A stretch of 29,294 nucleotides of DNA from a virus. Its lineage: Duplodnaviria > Caudoviricetes. Shown here in pieces: positions 1 to 8,235 of this stretch; position 1 is the first letter of the stretch; each line of letters opens with the position of its first letter. Position numbers and translations under genes: made by a program. The notes under the pieces are model-generated. The model was given only the letters and a program-made list of their open reading frames with translations. It was not told the DNA's origin and searched no databases. The stretch covers positions 1-29,294 of IMG/VR virus record IMGVR_UViG_3300036796_000091. One strand, 5' to 3'.

Positions 1-75
1 GGTATTTTGGTTTTCCAGAACCATGCGAACAGCGCGCTGGCGAACTTCAGGGGGAAATCGGTGATGTTTTGTCAT
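1..75 (-). CDS. IS3-family transposase OrfA, N-terminal part (runs off window)
   Basis: Translates MTKHHRFPPEVRQRAVRMVLENQNT, matching IS629 OrfA MTKNTRFSPEVRQRAIRMVLE. Confidence 0.88.
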   Translation of the reverse strand, partial: MTKHHRFPPEVRQRAVRMVLENQNT

Positions 76-127
76 CCTGGTTACCTCTCTCAAAGAGTTT
101 AGTCTCCAGGATTACCGGGGCGGTTCA
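1..127 (-). mobile_element. Left end of an IS3-family insertion sequence (IS51 group, IS629/IS1203-like), truncated by the window edge
   Basis: Minus strand from 127 reads TGAACCGCCCCGGTAATCCTGGAGACTAAAC, nearly identical to the IS629 left end as I recall it. It is followed by SD GAGG and an OrfA start. Confidence 0.9.
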
Positions 128-277
128 ATCATGCATGGATTTATCTGCATCAGTACCAAGACCAGTAACCAAATTCTCCAGACCATCGGCAAGAGAAGTC
201 GCCCCTCCTACAAACTCTTCAGAATCTGTAGTGGTAACGACAGGAGCCGTGGCTTTGGCCCTGGCAGCGGCAGGCAT
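128..277 (-). pseudogene. Phage portal protein (DUF1073-like), 5' fragment interrupted by the IS
   Basis: ATG at 277 is coupled to the upstream stop (TAATG). MPAAARAK...SLADGLENLVTGLGTDADKSMHD carries the DGLxNLxTGLGT..DK N-terminal motif of DUF1073-type portals and lies just downstream of terminase. The frame stops at the TGA of the IS end. Confidence 0.75.
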
Positions 278-480
278 TAAGCTACCTTAGTAGCAGCGCT
301 GCGCTTAATTACAGTGCCATTGGTTTTCTTGATGTACAGGCCATCCATAGTGTCTACACCCAGATTGGCGCGGCCATCAGTTGCTTCAATAGTTGCCAGA
401 ACTTTACCTGTGGCAGATTCTAAAATGGAGAAGCCATAATTTTCAGTGGAGCGGCCATCCAAACGTGTTTTGATACTCAT
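277..480 (-). CDS. Hypothetical protein (67 aa) between terminase and portal
   Basis: MSIKTRLDGRSTENYGFSILES...; the ATG at 480 follows the terminase stop by 10 nt. The longer 573 start overlaps terminase and is rejected. Confidence 0.7.
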   Translation of the reverse strand: MSIKTRLDGRSTENYGFSILESATGKVLATIEATDGRANLGVDTMDGLYIKKTNGTVIKRSAATKVA

Positions 481-490
481 ATTATTTTTA

Positions 491-2491
491 TTATACCCAA
501 TTAAGATAATTTGCAGACAGCCCAGAGAACTCAATAGCAACAGCATCAGAAATGTTATCGCAAACATCGTCATGCCCTGTACCGCTACCCTGTGAAGTCA
601 TAGCTAAGACTTCGCGTTTCATATGCCCAATGTGTTCGTGTCCGGTAGGGAATAAAATTCTACCTTGTGCGAAATATGGGATTGTATTTAAAAATCGTGC
701 AATCTTGTCGCCACCAGATTTATCTCGTGGCACAGGTAAGCAACGGATATTCCCGTCCCTTACAAATTGTTGGTTGAGGAACTGCCCAGATGATTTATCC
801 TCCATGTATAAAGCACGAGGGAGCAATCTAGGAAAACGTATATCCAATTTATTACACTTACCCCAGAAAGATACTACAGCTTTCTTTAACTCTGGAGTTT
901 CAAACTTCCCGACTATCGCATCAAGCATAACCAGATTTCTTTCTCTGGTAACCCCCCAATAGATAAGCACAGAGTAGTCGGAATATGTTTTTACAGTAGA
1001 AGCTGTGTCTGCTGTTAAAAATGTTTTGGTAATTGTTGAATAATCGAAAGAATCTTTATCGTATTCAATCCACCATTCCTCTGAGACAAGACCATGCCCT
1101 TGCGCCGTTGGGTTACCCATATACTGCGAGTTGAACGTATACGGCGTCTTAGCTTGCATCTCTTTGAGAGTTTCATAACTTTTCCGAGCGGGCCATAAAG
1201 CAGATTCTTTCTCACGTTTTAAATCGTATAGGTAAGGAATGGCATTTGTATATGCCTGACCTGATATGAGTTTGTCATACCATTCCTGATTACCGGTATC
1301 CTTGTCCACCAATGCTGGAATGTTGAGATAATGATAACTATCCGAACTACCACCACGTAGTAGGAATCCAACTAAGTCTTCGTCATGCACTCGCTGCATG
1401 ATAATTACGATAGGTGTACGAGGACACTTGACCAGCTTGCCATCTTTATCATTAATGTACCCATCGTTAGCCAGACGAGACATAAATGTATTATCATAGC
1501 GGTCATTAATTTCTGCACGAATTGTATTTGAATAAGCATCCTTTGGCTTAATCACATCATCGACACAGAAAATACCAGAGTAGATATTTGTAAGACTCCC
1601 TGCACCTTTACCTGTCATTTTACCGCCAGTAGGTACAGCATGGAGGACACCTTGTTTGGTTGTACCCCATCGTTCCAAGGAACGTTTATTTTGGTCAATT
1701 CTTACATTGGAGAATATCTTCTGGAATAGCGGGTCCATCATAATCGTTCTGATGTACCCAGAAGACTCCTGAACAACATCATCAGCATAAGATGTAATGA
1801 TATTCTGTGAGGAAGGGTTATGGCAGAAAGAATACAATGGGAGGAAGATCGATATAATTTGTGTTTTAGAATGCCTTGGAGGGATAGTTACAATCCCCCG
1901 GTCAATTCCGCCATCTACTATCTTCTGGCAAAATTCAAAAACAACAGCATGAAAATCCTGCTCCTGAAATTTGAAACCCATTTGGATTTCGAAACTCCAT
2001 AAAGAAAATTTCCGGAAGTCTTTGGTAAGAATTTCTCTTACAGCATCAGCAACACTTTTTGTAATAGTGGATGGGTCAATGTTTAGTGGGTCATTAAGAA
2101 CACTATCTATTAGACCAATATGGGCTTGTTCTTCATTATCTGTCTCAACGGGCTGTCCAGATATCCGGTCGGATTTACCTTCTTTAATTATCTTTTCAAT
2201 TTCCGCTGAGAATTGGGTGGAATCTTTTGACTCACCTTTCCTCAAGCGCTCTAATTGAGCTTCCTTCAGAGATTTGAGAACGGCATCTTCAGCCAACCCC
2301 ATACCATCTATTTCAGCTTGTAATTTTTCCGAATACTCGCCCACAATCGCCGGATAAAATGCGATATATTTCCTTAAATTTGGGAGAGTATGTCGGCAAT
2401 GCCTTTCTCGGCTAATCTTGAGCAGATTACCGTAGTGCTTAATAAGATAAGAGACTACAAGTTTATCGTAATCTTCTCCCTGATGTTCCAT
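491..2491 (-). CDS. terL: Terminase large subunit with ~150 aa N-terminal extension
   Basis: Walker A-like VTIPPRHSKT, TGKGAG, Walker B CVDDVIK, IIMQRVHDED, FNSQYMGNP, nuclease ADTA...DYS, YMEDKSSG, HDDVCD. Confidence 0.93.
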   Translation of the reverse strand: MEHQGEDYDKLVVSYLIKHYGNLLKISRERHCRHTLPNLRKYIAFYPAIVGEYSEKLQAEIDGMGLAEDAVLKSLKEAQLERLRKGESKDSTQFSAEIEKIIKEGKSDRISGQPVETDNEEQAHIGLIDSVLNDPLNIDPSTITKSVADAVREILTKDFRKFSLWSFEIQMGFKFQEQDFHAVVFEFCQKIVDGGIDRGIVTIPPRHSKTQIISIFLPLYSFCHNPSSQNIITSYADDVVQESSGYIRTIMMDPLFQKIFSNVRIDQNKRSLERWGTTKQGVLHAVPTGGKMTGKGAGSLTNIYSGIFCVDDVIKPKDAYSNTIRAEINDRYDNTFMSRLANDGYINDKDGKLVKCPRTPIVIIMQRVHDEDLVGFLLRGGSSDSYHYLNIPALVDKDTGNQEWYDKLISGQAYTNAIPYLYDLKREKESALWPARKSYETLKEMQAKTPYTFNSQYMGNPTAQGHGLVSEEWWIEYDKDSFDYSTITKTFLTADTASTVKTYSDYSVLIYWGVTRERNLVMLDAIVGKFETPELKKAVVSFWGKCNKLDIRFPRLLPRALYMEDKSSGQFLNQQFVRDGNIRCLPVPRDKSGGDKIARFLNTIPYFAQGRILFPTGHEHIGHMKREVLAMTSQGSGTGHDDVCDNISDAVAIEFSGLSANYLNWV

Positions 2492-2501
2492 CCAATAATG
2501 C

Positions 2502-2675
2502 TCACTGTTTCTTTTCCTCCGTTTCTCGGTGTATGGAAGCAGCTTCTGCTACTCGCGGTAGAATTCTTTTCTGTGGATTGCCTAAAGGAGAATCACATAC
2601 AGGGCAATATTTACTTACTATATAATCATCTTCAGCTATGGCACATCCACATGAATAACATGCAAATGTGTTCAT
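2502..2675 (-). CDS. Small zinc-ribbon protein (57 aa, not in ORF track)
   Basis: MNTFACYSCGCAIAEDDYIVSKYCPVCDSPLG...; two CxxC pairs; SD AGGA upstream. Confidence 0.65.
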   Translation of the reverse strand: MNTFACYSCGCAIAEDDYIVSKYCPVCDSPLGNPQKRILPRVAEAASIHRETEEKKQ

Positions 2676-2790
2676 AATAATTTCCTAATTTGGGTTTTCC
2701 TTTAACCCTCGTAAACAACTAATGCTGATCAAGCACGGTGTTGATCTGTGCACTGTACAAAAGTGAAGCCAGAGTTATTCCGGCTTTAAT

Positions 2791-3210
2791 CTAGAAGGGA
2801 ATTTCTACTTTTGATCTTTCTCTAAATTCTCGTCGAATTAACTCAATCTCTTGTGCCCAAATCTGAACAATCTTCGAGTTCTCAGTTGCTGAAGGGTAAA
2901 GCCCCCATAAACGAAAGCCCCTTTCCATCCACGCGTAGAACTCGCGATCATACTCATGGCAAATGATATTGGTAAGAGTATTTATAACCTCTTCCTTGGA
3001 GAACTCCCCATCTTGAAGATAAATTGAATAATCATCAATTAAAGTTTTCCTGTGCTTAACTCTTATGTTTTCAGCGAAGTATGTTACTTCTTCTTCTTTT
3101 GATATCTTGGCGAATGGCGATTCTATGTAGATTCCACCATACATACCCTCAGTAACAGATCTGTTACTGCCTGACGCGCGGAATACGCCTCTATCCCAGT
3201 CTTTTCTCAT
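2791..3210 (-). CDS. Hypothetical protein ending in EIPF
   Basis: ORF track 2791..3231; ATG at 3210 has SD AAGGAGG, so the start is moved. Confidence 0.7.
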   Translation of the reverse strand: MRKDWDRGVFRASGSNRSVTEGMYGGIYIESPFAKISKEEEVTYFAENIRVKHRKTLIDDYSIYLQDGEFSKEEVINTLTNIICHEYDREFYAWMERGFRLWGLYPSATENSKIVQIWAQEIELIRREFRERSKVEIPF

Positions 3211-3280
3211 AGTGACCTCCTTGATTGACATAGTATATGATATATCAGAAGGTCACTTAATTAAATACTGCTTTTACAAC

Positions 3281-3571
3281 TTAGTACAAATTCGCATAAC
3301 TGACTGCTACTCGGAACGGCAGTTTCATTGGTGATACCGATTCTTCCAAAGATTTCACAGTTCGTTTAATTCGTGCATGAATACGATCTTTTTCATTACC
3401 ATCGGGTAACACAAAAACAAATACATCTGCCTTCGTTTTATTACGAGCATCCAAAACACGAGTTAAGTAAGAACCACCACCTGAGATAATATTGCTGCTG
3501 TGAAGATAACAATACTTCTCCCCATCTAATTCAACAATTAAATGAGCTTTACTCATTTTTTTTTCATTCAT
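3281..3571 (-). CDS. Hypothetical protein
   Basis: 96 aa ORF packed directly after dut. Confidence 0.65.
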   Translation of the reverse strand: MNEKKMSKAHLIVELDGEKYCYLHSSNIISGGGSYLTRVLDARNKTKADVFVFVLPDGNEKDRIHARIKRTVKSLEESVSPMKLPFRVAVSYANLY

Positions 3572-3573
3572 TG

Positions 3574-4008
3574 TTAGTTAGCACCAGTTGAACCAAAACC
3601 TGCTTCTCCACGGACTGTCTCAGTAAGTTCCTCTGAAACAATAAAATCCACAGTAACAATTGGAACAATCATTGCCTGGGCGATACGATCTCCAGCAGAG
3701 AAGTTAAGACCAATTCCTTTAACATCGGTTGCCAGTTTGACCTGCACTTCACCCCGATAATCCGAGTCGATCACCCCGACGCAGTTTGAAAGACGTACAT
3801 CACAGTTGAAGCCGTGGCCTGAACGGCTAAACACCAGCATCACGTAGCCTTCAGGAATTTCAAATGCCAATCCAGTCCGAACTGTAGCAGTTTTGCCCAA
3901 CAATGTGTGGCCTGCATGTAAAGCACAAAGGTCAAATGCTGCGGCACCATCTGTAGCGTATTTTGGGACTACCGCATCTTGGTGCAGTTTCTTAATTTTC
4001 AGTTGCAT
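3574..4008 (-). CDS. dut: Trimeric dUTPase
   Basis: AAAFDL, SRSG, GVIDSDYRGEV, GDRIAQ, RGEAGFGSTG (motifs I-V). Confidence 0.97.
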   Translation of the reverse strand: MQLKIKKLHQDAVVPKYATDGAAAFDLCALHAGHTLLGKTATVRTGLAFEIPEGYVMLVFSRSGHGFNCDVRLSNCVGVIDSDYRGEVQVKLATDVKGIGLNFSAGDRIAQAMIVPIVTVDFIVSEELTETVRGEAGFGSTGAN

Positions 4009-4757
4009 TTACGTTTTAAACTCTTATAAATATCAATTACTTCATTAACACCCGATTGAATATTCCCGGTTTCAAGAATCACATCACAGGAGAAAATGTT
4101 TCTCAGACCTACTGGATACATGTGGCTTCGGCTATCACCCCTGAAGGAGTAACCTTTCCTGTGCAGTCGAACAATGCAGATCTTACTGAACACTCCAAGC
4201 AGTGGGTCAACTTCTTCAAGGAATCCACCATCAGAATAGATAGCATCGAAATGTGGCATTCTACCTTGCCGCATTTTGGCGACCTCAGCGGCCTCCTGAC
4301 GCCCGAAGTAGTCAAGGCCATACAAAGGCTTTATCTCTTGCTCAGATACACGTATGAGCGCGCTCCGTGGCGATACGCCACCTAATAGAAATGAGGGCCG
4401 CTCTTTCAAAGTCCGGTCTGTAGCTATGTGTAAAAATTGCTCAATAGGGATTCCATAAAATTCAGCAGTGGCTTTATAAAGCACAGCTTTAAATTCTCGC
4501 TGCAAAACTGGCTGGCTATGCCTACAGGAGGTACAAGGGTACGCCGGTGTACACCAGTCAAAATGGTACTCGCCAGAGCCGACGCATCGCCGTTTCTGAG
4601 GCATGTCACAAACTGATTTCGCTATGGTATCTTTGCCACAACCTGGTGGGCCATTAAGGATGATTGCTACGTTATTGCTTGCATCTGATGCGGGGAATGA
4701 AGCGAGCACATCATTAATGTGCCCACTCACTTGTTTTAAGTTAATTGTCTCAATCAT
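3999..4757 (-). CDS. Deoxynucleoside monophosphate kinase
   Basis: P-loop ILNGPPGCGKDT, SPRSALIRVSE, SDGGF, FRGDSR. Start placed at MIETINLK, overlapping the ligase stop. Confidence 0.8.
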   Translation of the reverse strand: MIETINLKQVSGHINDVLASFPASDASNNVAIILNGPPGCGKDTIAKSVCDMPQKRRCVGSGEYHFDWCTPAYPCTSCRHSQPVLQREFKAVLYKATAEFYGIPIEQFLHIATDRTLKERPSFLLGGVSPRSALIRVSEQEIKPLYGLDYFGRQEAAEVAKMRQGRMPHFDAIYSDGGFLEEVDPLLGVFSKICIVRLHRKGYSFRGDSRSHMYPVGLRNIFSCDVILETGNIQSGVNEVIDIYKSLKRKCN

Positions 4758-5472
4758 AAGATTCTTCAGCTTTATCGAAACGCTGGCGAACAAAAGATGG
4801 GAAACGTAATTTTCCTTCCTCTGTTACCTCTCGATATTTAACTTCAATATAAGTATCTAACAGCTCGAATTTTTTCTTCCAGAATTCGATGCGCTGTTCG
4901 TCTGTGAAACCAGTGCCTACACTTCCTTTAGATGTTTTAAAACTACCAAGCATCCCTTTATTCTTACCAGTTCCTTCTTTGAAACCAGTAATTTTCAAGT
5001 CCATGTATTTATATGGAACGATCTTCCACCAATTGATGCGGCCTTTGGATTCAACTCGAACAATTAACCCCTCATCACCCAGGACTAGGTACTTCTCCAT
5101 TAACTTACGGAGATTCTCATTCGATGGATTAGTAGCTTTCCCGATTAACAAGCGTGGGTCGATGAAACTATCCCTTAACTCATAAATCATATCTTGGGTG
5201 ATAACTTGAGGAGACTGAGTTCTAACAAGAGATACAGTGTTATTCCAGTTAACTGAAAACACTTCACAATCTTTAAACTCAAGATGGTCTAGATTATATA
5301 AAGGTTTGCTATCCCGACTGACAACTGAGTTGTCTTTCAATCGTAAGGCCCTAACACCGTCAATTTTACGATAAACGAAACAGACACCTTTAAGACTCTT
5401 TGTTTTATCTTCCCAATCGTGAGCATGAGCTTTGGTGTATGTTGTTCCATCAGAGAGTGTTTTTATTGTCAC
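4750..5472 (-). CDS. Minimal ATP-dependent DNA ligase
   Basis: Motif I KIDGVRA, EGLIVR, WKIVP, OB-fold VGTGFTDEQR, EVKY...GKLRFPSF. Confidence 0.92.
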   Translation of the reverse strand: MTIKTLSDGTTYTKAHAHDWEDKTKSLKGVCFVYRKIDGVRALRLKDNSVVSRDSKPLYNLDHLEFKDCEVFSVNWNNTVSLVRTQSPQVITQDMIYELRDSFIDPRLLIGKATNPSNENLRKLMEKYLVLGDEGLIVRVESKGRINWWKIVPYKYMDLKITGFKEGTGKNKGMLGSFKTSKGSVGTGFTDEQRIEFWKKKFELLDTYIEVKYREVTEEGKLRFPSFVRQRFDKAEESYD

Positions 5473-5762
5473 TCATCCTCCTTAAGATACTGATACTCGA
5501 TTTTCATAACTTCAACTGCCACCATTTCTTTACAGGTAATTTCATCTGGTTCATCATCGAATGATGAGTAATCCTGATTTTCGGTAGCACCCTCTGAGTA
5601 TTCATAACCGTAGAATTTCCCAGTTTCTTTATCTTTAAAGATAAGGCTCTTGAACAAATCCCAACGACTCTCACCTGTAATTTCACACGATACGTGTTTA
5701 AATCGCTCTGTACTGCTATAAGTAAGTTCGGTTAATTCTTCTTTATCAATTTTAATACTCAA
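5469..5762 (-). CDS. Hypothetical acidic protein
   Basis: 97 aa ORF overlapping both neighbours by 4 nt. Confidence 0.7.
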   Translation of the reverse strand: MSIKIDKEELTELTYSSTERFKHVSCEITGESRWDLFKSLIFKDKETGKFYGYEYSEGATENQDYSSFDDEPDEITCKEMVAVEVMKIEYQYLKEDE

Positions 5763-6271
5763 GGTAATTTCTCCATAAGATACTGCCTAACACATTCTTT
5801 TCTTGTCTTTAAATTGTTAGGTTTGGGTATTTCAATTTTGGCAACCAATAGCTTCGCAATTTGCTGAGCCGCAGGTAATTTTGAAAAACCTATGACTCGT
5901 TTCTCAATCTCTGCTTCACGCTCTGTAACACCATAACGCTCTTGATAAGTGACTAACCCATGACATTTATGGCAAAGAATCTCCAACTCATCTTTTTTAA
6001 CTAGGAGCATTCGTGTTGCAAACTCACCAAAATTATCCAGATTCAACGTACCAACTGTATTTTTATGATTAACTTCGATCTCAGATGCTTTGTAAAAACA
6101 CTGACAACGTTCACATTGGTAATGCCAAATCATTCTCCCCGTATCATTTTTCATTCTAATACGGCATTCTTGGAGTAAGCCAAGTTTAACTGGATGCTTA
6201 CTCCAAACTTTTCTTAAGGCACTTCTTAGCCAATTTAGATACTGTTTCTCATCTTTGAGATACCCGTACAT
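5759..6271 (-). CDS. HNH-type endonuclease
   Basis: CERC...IEVNH...LEILCHKCH zinc/HNH pattern, located after the exonuclease. Confidence 0.75.
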   Translation of the reverse strand: MYGYLKDEKQYLNWLRSALRKVWSKHPVKLGLLQECRIRMKNDTGRMIWHYQCERCQCFYKASEIEVNHKNTVGTLNLDNFGEFATRMLLVKKDELEILCHKCHGLVTYQERYGVTEREAEIEKRVIGFSKLPAAQQIAKLLVAKIEIPKPNNLKTRKECVRQYLMEKLP

Positions 6272-7260
6272 TAAGCAGCCAATTGTTCCTGAGATGTAAT
6301 AATTCGTTGATTAACCAGGTCATAATATTCTTTAGTCCCGTCGAAATGCCATAACAAAGCTTTATCCTCAATAATGGTATTGACCATATATAATTGACGA
6401 CCAGCCGTTACAAGTGCATTGTGCCATTCAGAACCAAAGATTCGTTTATACTGTGAAATAACAACATGTAATCCATCTTTGTAACACGCGCATTTCTCGA
6501 GAAGTTCATATGCTTCAATAGCACCTACACCTTCTCTTTTTTCATACTCTTGACCAATTTTCTTACCGGATTGGTAAATTTTCTTTACCTTCTTACCACA
6601 TCCAATAATTCCATCTGTATTATCTCCGGTCAGGAGCTGCCAGAGGAAGAATTTAGTTCCTACGCCTTTCACTTCTTTCTTAACCGTTTTACCAGTAGCG
6701 TTGATGATTAGCTTAAGTGTTCCAAATCCAGATATTGTTTCTTTCTTCTCACCCTTCGATGTTGTTTCCCAACGATAATTAATGGAAGGAATCTGCTTCA
6801 GGTCTTTATCAAGGCTACAGATATAAATCTCTGTACCTTCAGGCCATTTTTCTGGCTTTCCAATATGACGAATTTTATTATGCTTGCCCAAGATTACGTC
6901 ATAGCTATATCGTGCAAAGCAAGCAATTAGATCATCTGCTTCTAATCCACGCATAGACATTGCATCCCAGCAAGTACGTAAATGTGCTTTGGCATTATCT
7001 AAATTGGCTGGTCGCCATACACCATCGCGATTAGCTTTATATTCTGGGTTAATGACAAAACGGAAATTGTCGTCACCAGAAATAAAGACGTACATTAAAT
7101 CAAGTTTAAGTCGATTTTTAAGATATTCTAATTTTGCATCCATACTCATTTGAATATGGGTAAAAGAAATATCAGCATCTTCTTTTCCATACTCTTCCGC
7201 AGCGCTATGGCCGAACGCAATCATATCCCCGTCGATTAAACCAACACGGAGTTTTGACAT
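6271..7260 (-). CDS. 5'-3' exonuclease (T7 gp6-like)
   Basis: LIDGD, NFRF...YKANR, LEADD, SLDKDLKQIP, QLLTGDNTDGIIG, GVG. Confidence 0.92.
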   Translation of the reverse strand: MSKLRVGLIDGDMIAFGHSAAEEYGKEDADISFTHIQMSMDAKLEYLKNRLKLDLMYVFISGDDNFRFVINPEYKANRDGVWRPANLDNAKAHLRTCWDAMSMRGLEADDLIACFARYSYDVILGKHNKIRHIGKPEKWPEGTEIYICSLDKDLKQIPSINYRWETTSKGEKKETISGFGTLKLIINATGKTVKKEVKGVGTKFFLWQLLTGDNTDGIIGCGKKVKKIYQSGKKIGQEYEKREGVGAIEAYELLEKCACYKDGLHVVISQYKRIFGSEWHNALVTAGRQLYMVNTIIEDKALLWHFDGTKEYYDLVNQRIITSQEQLAA

Positions 7261-7273
7261 TTCTTTTACTCAT

Positions 7274-7302
7274 AAAAAAAAAGCCCGTCACTAAGGACGG
7301 GC
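7274..7302 (-). terminator. Rho-independent terminator
   Basis: GCCCGTC-CTTAGT-GACGGGC followed by a T9 run on the minus strand. Confidence 0.8.
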
Positions 7303-7321
7303 AAAACCTTCAACGAAGGAA

Positions 7322-8176
7322 TTAAAATGGAACGCTTGATTGTTCCGGTGCGTTAGCAGTTTGAGCAGCCGCCGCCTGGCGAGCTAATTCAGCTTCCATT
7401 GCAGCATCAACTTCTTCCTGAGTTACTTCTGCCTCTTTCGGAGCATCAGCCTGGATATGGGTGCCACCAGATTCACCCAGTAGTGCAGCCAGTTTAGACT
7501 GACCATACTCAGGGCCAGCTTTGATACGTTCTTGAGGGCAGTATGGATTGCCAGATGGCAGCTTTTTGAATACCTCTACATCCGGGGCATCCATATCAAA
7601 GAATAGCGGGACATTCACCAACGGCGGTGCAACTTTCTTATCTTTGCCCTTCATTGCAGCAAAAGCAGAGATCTTGTTGACCATCTTGCCAGCATTCTTC
7701 CCTGACTTAGCAGTTTGCTGAATAAGGTTTACTGTCAAAGGTTCACTGAGAAGTTCTTTCAGCTCTTTCGCTGGATGCCCCTCGTTACCCTGCTCGAGGT
7801 TAGCTACAACCTCGAATGCATCAACAGCTTGCATCAGTTTATAGATGTGGGAACGATCACCCATAAATCCATCTTTGTTATAAGTGAATTCAAAATCGAA
7901 CCAACGCGGTTTATCTTTGATTGGAGTCATTTCCCAATCACCATCTTCGTTCTTAAACATCTTGATCGAACCATCTTCGTTGACTTCGCACATGAATTCA
8001 TCGAGCAGCTCAAATTTCATCAGCATCTTGTAAGCTGGTTGAGGGTATTGGGCGCTGCCAGGTTGCAGTCCAAGATCGATAATTTGGGCAATTCGAGCAG
8101 CATAACCACCTGCGTCCAATAAAGGAGCAGCAGATGGAGTATTATTTGATTGTTTGGTTGCAATAGCAAAAGCCAT
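7322..8176 (-). CDS. Putative ssDNA-binding/annealing replication protein
   Basis: GGYAARIAQIIDLGLQ...FEL motif; acidic, Ala-rich tail ending VPF; lies between polymerase and exonuclease. Confidence 0.6.
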   Translation of the reverse strand: MAFAIATKQSNNTPSAAPLLDAGGYAARIAQIIDLGLQPGSAQYPQPAYKMLMKFELLDEFMCEVNEDGSIKMFKNEDGDWEMTPIKDKPRWFDFEFTYNKDGFMGDRSHIYKLMQAVDAFEVVANLEQGNEGHPAKELKELLSEPLTVNLIQQTAKSGKNAGKMVNKISAFAAMKGKDKKVAPPLVNVPLFFDMDAPDVEVFKKLPSGNPYCPQERIKAGPEYGQSKLAALLGESGGTHIQADAPKEAEVTQEEVDAAMEAELARQAAAAQTANAPEQSSVPF

Positions 8177-8235
8177 AGTTATCTCCTTATAATCGAATAC
8201 AAATAAATTTCCGATTAATAATGTTTATTGTTTAA

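Noticed and set aside
3556-3564. A/T homopolymer runs (also 7274, 15174, 20053, 26690) as phase-variation sites
   Set aside because: Mostly intergenic or terminator tails, no frameshift evident, and expected in AT-rich DNA.
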